From Callorhinchus milii (lineage: Eukaryota): DNA of 64,000 bases. The stretch spans positions 55,924,001 through 55,988,000 of the forward strand of contig NW_024704742.1 of the NCBI RefSeq assembly GCF_018977255.1, in the 5' to 3' direction. Below the pieces are notes generated by a model. That model worked only from the letters and a program-made list of their open reading frames with translations, searched no databases and was not told the origin of the DNA. Position numbers and translations under genes: made by a program. Each line of letters opens with the position of its first letter. The first letter of the stretch is position 1. This document shows, in pieces, positions 22,417-35,045 of the stretch.

Positions 22417-23372
22417 TGGACCATTCAATACTCCTCAACCACCTCTCCTCCCATCTCAACCTCCAAGGTTCTGTCCTTGACTGGTTCAGGTCCTGCCTTT
22501 CACACCGTCTACACTTCGTCTCAGCTAACGGCTTCTCCTCCAGCCCCCGCTTTGTGCGGTGTTCTTCAGGGCTCTGTCCTCGGTCCTCTCCTCTTCACCC
22601 TCTACATGCTCCCCCTTGGTGACATCATCCACAGGCATGGGGTAAATTTCCACATGTATGCGGATGACACCCAACTCTACCTCTCTGCCTCCACCCTCAA
22701 CTCTAGGACTACTAGTGTTCTGACCAACTGCCTGTCCGACATCAAGTCGTGGACGATGGACAACTTTCTCCAACTGAATGTCAGCAAGACTGAGGGCCTC
22801 CTGATTGGCTCGCACCAACGCCTCCGCACCTCAGGCGATGGCAGCATCAGCCTCCATGGCTGCACACTCAACCTCACTAAGCCAGTCAGGAACCTGGGTG
22901 TCTTATTTGACCCTGAACTGTCCTTTCTCCCCCACATCCCTTGCCCGACTCCACAGGCTCCCCATCCCTCAGAGGATCGAATTCAAGATCCATGGACATC
23001 CATGGCCTTCCCTCTCCTACCTCTCTGACCTGCTGACTCCATACCAACCTGCCCACTCCCACTGTTCAGCGGGCTCTGGCCTGCTCCATGTCTCCCTCCC
23101 GACCCGCCCTACCAACGGTGGCCGGGCTTTCCCCACACTCTGGAACTCCATCCCACAGTCCCTTCGCCTTGCTTCCTCCCTTGCCTCCTTCAAGGTCGGT
23201 TTCAAGACCCTCCTCTTCGATTGTGCCTTTGGTCGCCCTCCCACCTCTCTGCCTTCCCTTACCCCTACTCCACCCTTTACCCATGCTCGGATCCTGACCC
23301 CTGACTGTCCAGCGCCTTGGGACTTCCTCCTGACGTGAAAGTCTATAAATGTAATTTTTTGTTGTTGTTGTT
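22417..23372 (+). mobile_element. L2 LINE 3' part (RT domain with internal deletion; tail type A)
   Basis: DHSILL...[58 protein letters not shown]; (TTG)n tail. Confidence 0.93.
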
Positions 23373-23924
23373 CACATGAGATATCACAGTATTTCATTTC
23401 AAACTCTAATATTTGTGGTTAATATGCCCTTAATTTAATGCCTTCAATTATACTTGCATATCAGTAATGATAGTGCAATCTGAGTTCTCCGGTTCTAGTT
23501 GAAAGGTCCACATATCCAATTTTCTCAATGGTATCGGATGGGAATTTTATTATTTTTTGCCTTCTGGTCCAGCACTGGAGGGCTGTATTCTGTGATGGTC
23601 TAGGAAAGCTTGTATCTGCTGGTATTGGCATTATTTTCCTTTTCTGCAATTATCAGGTGGTCTGAATTTGAAATCTGAATTAATCTAAATGCTAATTCTC
23701 TGATATTCAGTAAATGTCTTTATTGTCATATTTCTATGGATATGCATAACTTTAGTGGGTTTCCACCTTCTGGGATTTGAAATTGACTAGAGTCAGCTCA
23801 ATAGAAAGACTATTTTATTGTCTCTTGACTGTAAAATTGAAATGAGCTTATATTGGGTTGGAGTCTCAATTAATTCTTAATGGGCTCCCAGGAAAAATCT
23901 ACCCTTAACTTAACATTAATAATG

Positions 23925-24145
23925 ATAAATATTTTTTGCATTCAATATAGTGCTTTACCATGTCATCAAGTTGCCTCAAAGCATTTCACAGGATTGAATG
24001 TAAAGTGTAGTGACTGTATTTGTCTGCAACTGTGGCAATCAATTTGCACACAGTCATGTCCCATAAACATTCATGAAGTGAATGACCTGTTTTTTATCTG
24101 GGGGATTGTTGGTCAGGATACAGAGAAAAACTCCCTTCTCTTCTT
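23925..24145 (-). mobile_element. Degenerate Deu-type SINE 3' part
   Basis: TTGCATTCAATATAGTGC...GTCCCATAAACATTCATGAAGTGAATGACC...GGGGATTGTTGGTCAGGATAC. Confidence 0.6.
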
Positions 24146-24439
24146 CCTTCATTAAAATAATAATCCATGATGGCCCATGTAGGAAGTGTGTAAAAAGAAA
24201 TTATTTCAGATTTCCAGCATCTGCAATATTTTGCCTTTTATTTAAAAAAATGTTGGTACAAGAATGGGAGATCTACTTAGGATTATTGCCGAGGTAGAGC
24301 AGAGGGAGTATCACCATGATATACCTGACTTGGGAGTACATGGTGATGGCATTGAACATCTGAAATAGACAAGAATTCCTCTTCTGCACAAACAAATCAC
24401 TCATCCTCATAAGGCACCTTCCATTTATATATACAGTTT

Positions 24440-24721
24440 ACATATTCTCTGTTTACCAACCGTAAGTAGGAGCCTGGTTGTTAGTCGATTAGCAGATCGA
24501 TTTTCCGGGGGGAATAATTTCTTCAAAAAATAAAAATAATAAATAAATTAGTCACTCAATCCATCACTGTTTGTGGGACACTGCTGTGTGTAATTGGTTG
24601 TCACGTCTCACCCACAAAATATGCAGTCAATTCACTTTACAGTATATTCTGTGAAGCGCTTTGAGACATCTTGAAGACGTGGTAAGGTGTATATCAATGC
24701 AGGGAATATTATTATTATTAT
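24440..24721 (+). mobile_element. Long-subfamily SINE, 5'-truncated
   Basis: CTCTGTTTACC...GTAAGTAGGAGCCTGGTTGTTAGTCGATT...GAAGCGCTTTGAGACATC...(ATT)n. Confidence 0.85.
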
Positions 24722-25249
24722 AAAAATCCTAGACTGATGATCATGTGGCACATAACAATGTCAAGGTGATGAAAAGTCTCAATATTGTTTTAATCAAATT
24801 TAACATTGGAAAACGCTAGGAGGGAAATGCAGAATAAATAAAAGCAGACCAGCAAATTAAAACATTGTCAGCTACCTGGAGAGAGATAAATCGATTGGAT
24901 GCCTATAGCTTACTTGCCACTTTGCTACTGCCAATTTATATCCAGTTCTTCATCTTGTATTGATGCTATATCAAACCAAATATTGGCACATCATGCTGTT
25001 TTTATTTCAGAACTATCATGGTGGCATGTGGCAATCAATAGACCGCAGTCACCTCATCCACAGTCTAACCCTATTTGAAATGTTGTATTGATTCGTTTAC
25101 ACGATCTAGATTTCCAATGTGTAAAATACTTCCTAGAGAAAATAATATTCTTTCCCTCTACTATAGCTGTTGAATTATGCTGGATGATCATTCAATGGAC
25201 ACTGTGTAACCTTTGATATAGTATATAAGGAGTTATTTATCTGGAAGCC

Positions 25250-25522
25250 TGGATAGTGAGTGTCAGCAAGTTATATGGAAGGCATTACATATGAGACCAA
25301 TTCAGTTCTCACTGAGCCTCTCCCCTTTCATAACACACTCTCTACTGGAGCTTTGTGGATAGAGTTTAAAGCAACAATTTAGCCCCTCCCTGGAGTGACA
25401 AGGCAAATTGATGCATTCCTGCTGATATTCTGCTCAGATCAACCAATCCAATACTTGGGGCATTACTGACCTTTATGTCTGATTTACCCATTAATTGGTC
25501 ACATTACCTATTTAGCCATCCC
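25250..25522 (-). mobile_element. Old repeat family B, including a putative tRNA-like 5' end
   Basis: The reverse complement begins GGGGATGGCTAAATAGGTAA; the body resembles the other family B copies. Confidence 0.4.
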
Positions 25523-25985
25523 CCAAAATGTCTTTATCTTTAGAAAAGCTAGTGTATAACGCAACACTACATTAGTTATCCCGGTACCTAATGTAGTAAC
25601 AAGCAGAATATGATGCAAATTTAGGAATTATACGTCCAAAGCACAAAAATCATGAAAATTAGATACTTGTTTCAGTGCCCATGGACATCCTCTCGATGTG
25701 AAAGGCGTTATATAAATGGAATTTGTTATTGTTTCTGGCAATAAAAATGGCATTTAACATTATTATCTTATTAAGTACTTATGTATAAGCAAATCAACGG
25801 AAAGTATGTTGTGAGTATCACCTGGAATAAAAGAAACAATTAAATATTAATAAAAATCTCTGCGTATGATATAGTACCTTTTCACCTTCTCAAATGTTTT
25901 ACCCACAAAATACACAGAAATCCTCTTTACAGTATATCCGATGATGCTCTTTGGAGCTCAACGACGTGATACGGCACTATACTGT

Positions 25986-26324
25986 GGAGTCCTGTAGCAT
26001 ATTGGTTAGATTCCTGGGCAGGGCAAAACATTAGGCAAGTTTCCTTACTCCACACGTCTCTGTTTACCTAGCAGTAAGTAGGAACACGGTTGCTAGTCGA
26101 TTGGCAGATTGCTTTTCTCGGGTTAATAATCCCTAAAAAAAAATTTAAAATGTGATTACTCAATCACCACTGTTTGTGAACACTGCTGTATCCAATTGGC
26201 TGCCGCATTTCACCCACAAAATATACAGTTAATTCACTTTACAGTATATTCTATGAAGCACTTTGAGACGTCTCAAAGACTTGATAAGGCGCTTCATCAA
26301 ATGCAAGGAATATTATTATTATTA
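25986..26324 (+). mobile_element. Long-subfamily SINE with a deletion in the tRNA head
   Basis: GGAGTCCTGTAGCATATTGGTTAGA, then GGCAGGGCAAAAC...GGCAAGTTTCCTTACTCCACACGTCTCTGTTTACCTAGCAGTAAGTAGG...(ATT)n. Confidence 0.88.
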
Positions 26325-26893
26325 AAGAGCACTGTACGATTGGCTGTAAAGTGTGGTGAGTGCGCATTTGAAGGTGAAGTCAAATGCATTTCGGGGAAAA
26401 CAAAAAAATAGATCCAGTTGCAAGAAGGGTTACACACAGCACTGGGAATTTCCGCAATATTGCCCCTCCTCCTCTTCCCATGGATAAGTTTGGGAAACGA
26501 TTAAAACTCGAGCAACTTTCAGTGCAGGAAGAAGCACTGAGGATCCTGACGTCAGAGTGTAAAGACCACAGGCATCCCGTGTAGGAAGTGGATGTCAGCT
26601 GGAGTTTGGGGAACGCTTATCCTTCAGTGTTTCACCTGTATCCACATCTTCTGCAAACTTGGATCGACCCACTGGAAATGTAATGATTTCGAGGAAATTT
26701 CCCTTCCATCCCATTCTGTGCTGGAGTGAAATCGAAAGTGGGGATAAGACATTTGCTGTAAGCCTGGTGATCCCCAGGTTATCCATCTGCCAGGGAATCG
26801 TGGAATCCATCTGATCTGGTAAGACTTTGCAGTGGAATAAGATGGAGTGCAATGCTTTTTGACTGACCAGATTCAACGTCAAGCTTTTTCTCT

Positions 26894-26898
26894 CTATA

Positions 26899-26930
<32 letters not shown>
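26894..26930. repeat. (TA)n microsatellite
   Basis: Directly visible. Confidence 0.9.
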
Positions 26931-26989
26931 TACGGGGGGTTGTTGTGTGAGTTTGCATTTCTTAACACAATCGTGCAATGTTGTGGAGT

Positions 26990-29733
26990 GTAACACGACT
27001 GCGGTGATTGCTAATGCTGTGAGAAATCGCGTCTGTTAAAGCACCGTTTTGCAAAAAAAAAGTGAATGCCAAGAATTCAGGAAGAGAAACGCCGGACTTG
27101 TCACTGCGTTTTCACCCCCTCGGGGGCATGGATCGGGAATCCCGTGGCTTGGAATATATATATATAAAAAAAAAGGAACGTGCACTTGCAGATGCCCCGG
27201 AAAAAAAAAGGCATCCCGTGATATTGCATTTTATTTTTACTGAAACGATGCGCTTCACTCCAGTGGCAAACACTCTCCGCCGCTCAGCAGCGTTGCGCTT
27301 TGCAATGCGAGTCCGGCTGACATGGGGGGGGGGGGTGGGTATGTCTGTGGCAATGTCGGAAAATAGCGACCCCAGGCGTCGAAGCGAAAGGCGCAGAATA
27401 AGGGTTTAAGAAGAAAAAAAAGAGCACCTTTTTCTTTGCACACAAAAGTGCCCATCAAAAGTGCTTTGGCGACTATTTAACGTGGTGCACCCAAGAAAGT
27501 AACTCGATTAAAACTTATTGCTTAACAGTCAGGGCGATCCACAGTTTGAATATCACATTTGTTGTTTTGAGTTTGCAGACAGGGTTTGTTTTTTTTTGGG
27601 TGGGTTCCTGTGTGATGGCAAGTGGAATTTGGGTTATTGCAGATTTTTTTTTAGATTCATGTCATTAAATCTTAGCGTTCAGCTAATTCTGCATTCACAA
27701 CCTTTGCAGGAAAGCGAGATGAGGTGTGACCACAGATCTGACTCAAACTTCACCTGAAATTGTCCTTATCTGTGACTGGGTCATAAAATAAAATGACCAA
27801 CTTGACCTTTTGTCCCCAAACAGGATGTCACCAATGTTGCAATGGTTGAGACCCGTCACGTTTTTGTTCCGACTCTTGTGTTACTTTGCTCCGATACCCA
27901 CATCTATCGTTCTTGAGGATTTTAAAGCAGATCCCATTCCATTTCGTCCTCAGAGTTGCATTGCAACTCCCCGACTTTATTCACTGTAAGTGGTGTTTCA
28001 TTTTTGACTTGTTCTGCGCCGTTCAAAGGGGGAAATGCAATAACCTCCATCAGAATATCCTTTGATTTTCTAATCTGATTTAAACGACTGCGTTCCTAAC
28101 AATCCTTTTGCAACGCCTTTTCATTTAATGCACTTAAACCCCCCCACACCCCCCAAACCCCCCCCACCCCCCACCCCACCCCGTGCCATCCATTGCGAGA
28201 ATTGGTCATTTCAAAGTCGGGTTCGGTTTCACGATCGAATGGTTTATTTTTCGGTGGTGGGAGAGAGAAAAAGGAAAAGGGGAGAACTGGCGAGAAATGC
28301 ACTCTCTCGTCGGTCCGTTTGCAGGACTGCAGTCAGAGTAAATCAAAACTGTTGTCTCGCCCACTTTTCACGTACGCCAAAGCCAAAGCCAAAGCTAAAG
28401 CTAAAGCAAACGCAGCGGTGGAGAAGTGCAAGGTTCCCCAGGGAGCACTCGTTGCAACTTGGGAGCTAAATAGCTGTTGGGAAAGCTTTCAGTGAGTACT
28501 GCTGTGGAGGAGTGGGGAGGGGGTTGTTTCCATCAACCGTGCGCTGCTGCTCCCCGATGGGGATCGAGCTCCTTTGCATATACTGTACAGTCGCTCAATG
28601 CATTTCTTTGTGTTTGCATTTCATCGCTGTGGGGAGCAATGAAAGTACGGACGTCTGTTGGTATGTGTCGCGAATGAGACGGGACATTTCGGAGAGGATG
28701 CAACTCAGTAATTTTGCCGACTCGCGCTGGAAGGCGCAGTGAAGGGTCTAATATGTTTTTGACAGCAAGATTGCATTTGTATTTTTAAGAGAGATGTGTG
28801 TGTGTGTATATATATATATACTACAACACGACCGGTTGTGCTTCGTTATTTTGCGTAATAGAAAATAATGATATAATTAATGTTGGAGCCCCAATTGGAT
28901 TGTTCCCACTTTATTTTGAAGCGATGAGAGCCATGTCCCCCCCCCCACCAAATAATGCACAGGTATCAAATCCGTCTGTAAATTTATCAATCGTGGGGAC
29001 TGACGTGTGTGGGTGTAGCACTACACCATGTCAGCACTCTGCACGAGCTTTCCTTTCGCTGTGGTCCCTATCGATCTAAATCCATTGCAATGTGTGGTTC
29101 ACTTCACGTCGCTTTGGAGATCGAAATGAACTGTTTGGGAGGAAAAAAAAAAGGTGTGTGTTAATCCATAACACGTTGTGAGATCGTTTTCGTCCGTTTG
29201 CACATCAGTTTGTCGGGATACGCAAAGGCAGTTTGCAATGAGGCAGCGCACTCGGATGTCATTTAAGTTTTCGTCCCAAAGTTTTTTTTTCCCCCCCAAT
29301 CCGGGAAGATGCGTTTGCACTCGCATTCAGGTGGTGCTTCACTGCACCGACCACACGGTGCCCCGCAGTACTCCCGGTGTCGCCGGGGGGGGGGGGGGGG
29401 AGACCGTGGAAAGCATTGCCAGAGGAATCCTTTGCAGGTCAGCAGCGGAGGCAGAAACACGTCTTGCGGGAAAAATAGAGAGAAAGTTTATGGTTTTAAG
29501 TTACTTCGGAGTGCGCGACTACGGGTTAAAACTCCCCGACAGATTGTGATCTGTTTGGTTTCTTTCTTTTTTTTAAACGGGCAAACCCCCCCCCTCCAAC
29601 ACCCCCCCCCCCCCAACCCACACACACACACATACAACACACGCACACACACACGCAACACATGTGTCGCTGCAGTGTGCACAAGGCTTTGAGCGTCAGT
29701 TAACTTTCCCTTAAAAATCAGTTCCCCTGAAAC

Positions 29734-29776
<43 letters not shown>

Positions 29777-30350
29777 TTTTGAACAAAAGCCTTTTTGGAC
29801 GGGGAGGAGGAGGTTTTGGACCTTCGGCATCAAACCTCAGGGGCGAGAAGCAAGTGGGATGGAGACATTGGTGGGTTGGTTTCTCTGCAATCCTCCCCCC
29901 TACCCCCCCCCCCCCCCCCGACCACCAGCTCCGATCCAGTAAAGTGCAGTTACAACGAAGGCAGCAAAGCGTGTGTGTGTGTGTGTGTACAATGGCATAA
30001 GGTGGTGGAGGAGGAGGAGGAGGAGGGAGGGAGCTGAGTGCTGAGGCCGCCCCAGCTCAGCCCCACAGCCACGCTGCGCTGTTGCATGCCAAGGAAAGGT
30101 AGTGCCGGGCACGGCGCATGTGGTGCGCGCTGAGGTGCGGTGAAGCGGCGAGGACTCAGGGGGTGGTGGTGGGGGGGGACAGGGGAGAGAGAGGGAGAGA
30201 CACACACACAGAGAGAGAGAGAGGGGAGAGACCACCTCAACATGGTGCGAGCTGCTGCAACAACCCCTCTCCTCACACCGCGCCCGACGCCAACCTAACG
30301 CCGCTCCAGGTTTGGGAAGCACTTTCTTAACTGTTCAGGCGAGTTTGGGA
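26990..30350 (+). promoter_or_regulatory. CpG-enriched region; probable FAT1 promoter and non-coding first exon(s)
   Basis: By eye, CpG is much more frequent than in the flanks and interspersed repeats are nearly absent. A GC-rich stretch at 30030-30345 lies ~6.6 kb upstream of the coding exon. Candidate donors: CA|GTGAGT (GT 28492), CAG|GCGAGT (GC 30339), CC|GTGAGT (GT 30965). The TSS cannot be fixed from sequence. Confidence 0.6.
29734..29772. repeat. (GA)n microsatellite
   Basis: Directly visible. Confidence 0.95.
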
Positions 30351-30360
30351 AACTTTTTCT

Positions 30361-30832
30361 GCCCCCCCCCTCCCCTCCCCTCCCCCTCCCCTCTCCCCTC
30401 TCCCCTCTCCCCCCCACTCCCCTCTCCCCCCCTCCCCTCTCCCCTCTCCCCCCCCTCCCCTCCTCCCCTCTNNNNNNNNNNNNNNNNNNNNNNNNNNNNN
30501 NNNNNNNNNNNNNNNNNNNNNNNNNNNNNNNNNNNNNNNNNNNNNNNNNNNNNNNNNNNNNNNNNNNNNNNNNNNNNNNNNNNNNNNNNNNNNNNNNNNN
30601 NNNNNNNNNNNNNNNNNNNNNNNNNNNNNNNNNNNCCCCCCTCCCCTCTCCCCCCTCCTCCCTCTCCCCCCCTCCTCCCCTCTCCCCCTCCTCCCCTCTC
30701 CCCCCTCCCATCTCCCCCCCTTCCTCCCCCCTCCCCTCTCGTCCCCCCTCCCCTCTCCCCCCCTCTCCCCCCCTTCCTCCCCTCTCCCCCTCCCCTCTCC
30801 CCCTCCCCTCTCCCCCTCCTCCCCCCTCCCTC
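30361..30832. repeat. Polypyrimidine (CCCCT-type) low-complexity tract with assembly gap (N 30472-30635)
   Basis: Almost pure C/T on the + strand. Confidence 0.95.
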
Positions 30833-31312
30833 TTTGAGAGTGTTTCATTGTGTGGGAGGTTGGTGTGTTGGTGTGTTGGTGTGTGGGGGGAGTTTGGGGT
30901 TTGCCTTACTTTGTAGCCTCCCAACACCACACACCGTCTGCCAAAGGCTACACTCGACACAACCGTGAGTTTTCCCAACTTTCCCCCCACACACGGTCTG
31001 TGTGTGTGGGTTGTGGTGGTGTTTTTTTGCTCAGCGCTCCATACAGACAGAGTTACTTTGGGAATAGTTTTGCTGAGAGTTCATTCCATTCCATTTCAGG
31101 CGTTTTCATTTGAACCATATCAGGGAAGAGAGAGGGAGGGAGAGGGGGAGGGAGGGAGAGGGGGAGGGAGGGAGGGGGGGGGGGGAGGGAAGGATATAGT
31201 CTACGTGAAAGGAATGGGAAACAGCGAGTTTGAGGAGGAATCATGATCCGAAAAGCAAATCTGGAACATCTGCTTTACTTTTACTGGTGGCGGCTGAAGA
31301 AAGGGAATTGCT

Positions 31313-31653
31313 CCCCCCCACCACCCCCCCCCCCCCTCCCCACACCACCACCCACCCTCTCCCCATCCCACCCCCCACACCACCACCCACCACCACCCAC
31401 CCCCTCCCCACACCACCACCCACCCCACCACCACCCACCCTCTCCCCATCCCACCCCCCACACCACCACCCACCCCACCACCACCCACCCCCTCCCCACA
31501 CCACCACCCACCCCACCACCACCCACCCCCTCCCCACACCACCACCCACCCCACCACCACCCACCCCCTCCCCACACCACCACCCACCCCACCACCACCC
31601 ACACCACCACCCAGCCCCCACCACCCACCCTCTCCCCACCCCACCACCCACCC
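31313..31653. repeat. C-rich minisatellite built from CACCACCACCCACCCC and CACCACCACCCACCCCCTCCCCA units
   Basis: Directly visible tandem array; it generates the spurious Pro/His/Thr- and Gly/Trp-rich ORFs. Confidence 0.93.
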
Positions 31654-32049
31654 ATTTGCCTTGATATGTCCACATCATTCGGTATTTTATTCCAAAGGCA
31701 GATTTGGGTTTTGTTTTACAAAAAAAAGACCAGCCCTCTGCACTTCATCAGCGAATTGCAAAGAAAGTGTGTGCAGATACACCACACAGTTTGGCAGAGG
31801 AGCTCGAACTCTGTTGGTATCGAGGGCTCAGTTACAGGAGTCTTTTGGGAAGTCAGGACAAGGGACCTGTGGACCTCCACAGAAGGAGATCTTAGGTTAT
31901 ATGTTAAAAGTTCTCTGATCCCTATCAGTTCGTTTGGGGGGTGGGGGGGGGGGGGGTGGGGGGAGGAAAGGAGATCGTAATTCTGAGGATAACGTGTGTT
32001 ATTCCGAGTGTATGTTGTATGTGATTTGGAGAATCCTCAATTAATCTGG

Positions 32050-32495
32050 CTGTGTGTGAGTGAGTGTGTGTATGAGAGTGAGTGAGTGTGTGAGAGTGAG
32101 TGTGAGTGCGTGAGTGTGTGAGAGTGAGTGAGTGTGAGAGTGAGTGAGTGAGTGTGTATGTGTGAGTGAGTGTGTATGTGTGAGTGAGTGTGTNNNNNNN
32201 NNNNNNNNNNNNNNNNNNNNNNNNNNNNNNNNNNNNNNNNNNNNNNNNNNNNNNNNNNNNNNNNNNNNNNNNNNNNNNNNNNNNNNNNNNNNNNNNNNNN
32301 NNNNNNNNNNNNNNNNNNNNNNNNNNNNNNNNNNNNNNNNNNNNNNNNNNNNNNNNNNNNNNNNNNNNNNNNNNNNNNNNNNNNNNNNNNNNNNNNNNNN
32401 NNNNNNTGAGTGAGTGTGTGTGAGTGAGTCTGTAGTGTGTGAGTGAGTGTGTGTGTGTGAGTGTGTGTGTGTGTGAGAGTGAGTGAGTGTGTGTA
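32050..32495. repeat. (GT)n/(GAGT)n compound microsatellite with assembly gap (N 32194-32406)
   Basis: Directly visible. Confidence 0.95.
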
Positions 32496-32991
32496 TGGAC
32501 ATGTGTTACAGTGCAGCAGCAGCACTGAGAGAGGAGGACAGTCTGGGGGGGAAGGTTCTGCCCTGAACATAAAACCTTTAATGTTAAACCCGGCTCCTGG
32601 TTCAGATAAAATGTTAGCGTGGCACGTTACACATGCACAGAACAACCCATCCCACATCGCTTCTGAAAAAGATATTTTTATGGTGCTCTCCCCCCCCCCA
32701 CCCACCCCCCAACCACTTAAGTTTTGACCGGGTAGGAAGGCGAAGACGCACATGATGAAAGACAGATCTTGCTGTTTATGGCTTGTGGGTTTGACGATTG
32801 ATTTTTCCACCCCCCCCTCCTTCCCTCCTTCCCTCCCTCCCCCTCTTCAACCTCCAGCCTGAAAGTAAACGGTTGCGCAAAAATCATTCCCTCTTCTGTG
32901 ATCCAGACGTCAGCAGCTGCCTGGACAGCTCTGAATCCTATTTAAAATGGTTCTGAGTTGAAATGCTTTCTTCATTGCAGTGAGTAGCTCC

Positions 32992-33025
<34 letters not shown>

Positions 33026-33034
33026 TGTGTGTGT
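32992..33034. repeat. (TG)n microsatellite
   Basis: Directly visible. Confidence 0.95.
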
Positions 33035-35045
33035 CATTTGTTCTGATCCCTCACTTATAAATCTGTACCCTCCACCTGACAAACTCCAAATAACTCACTC
33101 AGTGTTGCCAAAAAAAAATCAGATGATCGTGACGACGATTTAGTGTCCAACTTAACCCTGTTTCCATTTTGTTAACGTGTTTAACTCGTAATGTTGGGGG
33201 TTTTGACAAACTATATTTGCTGGTAATTCACAAAGGGTTTCTTTTGCGTTTTATTTTTATTGTGAAGGGGATGAAGGGCATGCACAAGCAAAGGTTAATT
33301 CAGTTGCATTTTTTTAGGAATTTTTTTTCATAACATTGCTTCAGGTTTGTGGTGACACTTCTTGGAAATCAGACATGCGACTGGTTGATTTTATATTTTT
33401 TTATTAAAAAAAATGTAATCTCCACTGAATTGAAATTTAACAAGTACGTAAGATTATAGGAAAAAAACTGCAACTTCAGAATTAATTCTGCAGTAGATGT
33501 TGAGTCATTTTTTACGACAACTTTGTATTGAAATCCCTGAAGTACATGACGTGTTTTCTGTCAGATTATTCCATTTTTTTTGAAATATTTGCATGTTTAA
33601 TTCAGATTTACGATGCTCTTTTACTACCTGGCAATGAAGCAAAAGGTTAGGGACTGCTTGTATTCCTAATGGTAACATTTCAGCATCATTAACATTGATT
33701 TTGGTTGGTGGGTTTTTATTTAGTTTGCCATAATTGTGAAATCTCAGCAATTATTTTGATCTGATTAATACAGTGGACTATTTTGATCCTGCACTGGATG
33801 ATTATTGTCAGGACCCTGTTTGGGAATCAGCAGCTTTGTTACAAGGCTATTCAGGTCTAGTGGGTTAACTAATGAGGAGAGGGGTAATGTAATGCGCTAA
33901 ACCTTGTGTAACACCAGATTTTGCTTTCTGGATTTAGTATTGTTAATAATAATAATCCTTAAATTTGACGTAGCATTTTATTATATTGTCAGATAGCATT
34001 TCACAGGATTTATTGTAAAGTAAATTTGCTGTAAAAATCCAGGAACTATATTACAGTTTTTAAAAGATAATAATGATATATTATATCTGCTGCAGAAAAT
34101 TATGTTTTAATTCTGTGTACAAATTGGTAGCAGTGTTATTTTGTGGTGAACGTTTTGAACTGTTCAGAATTAATGTAAAAGCAGTAAGGCTATAATGTAA
34201 ATTTACAAAAGACATAACTGATAACAGTCATTCATTTTTAGAAAATTATCACTTAGTCTAAAAAAGCAGTGAAAAGGATTATGACGTATAAAATGATCAA
34301 TAATGGAAAAGAAGACACAAAATTGACAGCATGGCATATGTGCTTCTGAATGGTAGTTCATCACTGGTAGTCAGGCACTACACTGATTAAGTTGAACCTT
34401 GGCAGAAACATAACTCTGTACAAAGGAACAGATTGCAAGAGTGGTGGCAGAGTGTGCCAATCCCAGTTTATCCATCAGTATTAAGGTTGGACATGGAATG
34501 TTGGCTTCATGGAAAGGACGCTGCTAATTCATAATTGTAAACTCGATAACCCCAGGTTCTCTCGCTGGACAATAACAAGGACTTCTTTTGTTTGAGTTCT
34601 TTAGCAGGCATTTTGCTGAGCAATAAATATGTAATATGGTTGCCATTGCCTTTTTGGGGGGTGGGGGGTGGACGGTGCATGTTTTTGTGATAAAGAGATT
34701 CCAAAGAATAACAGTTGGGGAAATTGCTGAGTACATTGGAGATAAGTTTAGTGCTCACTGGGACATGCCTGGGCGAGTCAAAGAAAGATCCAGAGTTTAT
34801 TGCCCTTTGATAGTTTGTAAAACTTTTGGGTTGAAAACTGCAAAGTTTTCTATTCAGGTTATTTTAAGAATGTGGGAAAATAGAAATTGATTCCACGATA
34901 GTGTCTGAAAAATGTGAGTTTTGGATGCCAGTGACCACTCTTGAAATTCAGTAAAATGTCTGCTGGAATAAATTAGCTTCAAGCATAACCAGTTTTATAC
35001 ACACAAAAATACTATGTGTGGTGCTGCCATGCAGTTGAGTTAACT

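Noticed and set aside
26450-26890. Possible exon or coding relic (133-aa minus ORF; CRE TGACGTCA at 26547-26554)
   Set aside because: No recognisable domain, the ORF crosses a (TA)n tract, and a single 8-mer is expected by chance in 64 kb.
31313-31653. CRISPR-like or telomeric array
   Set aside because: No unique spacers, no TTAGGG units, and a vertebrate context; it is a simple minisatellite.
30295-32810. Long Pro/His/Thr/Gly-rich ORFs (up to 257 aa) on both strands
   Set aside because: They arise from low-complexity tracts and N gaps that lack stop codons; no domain signal.
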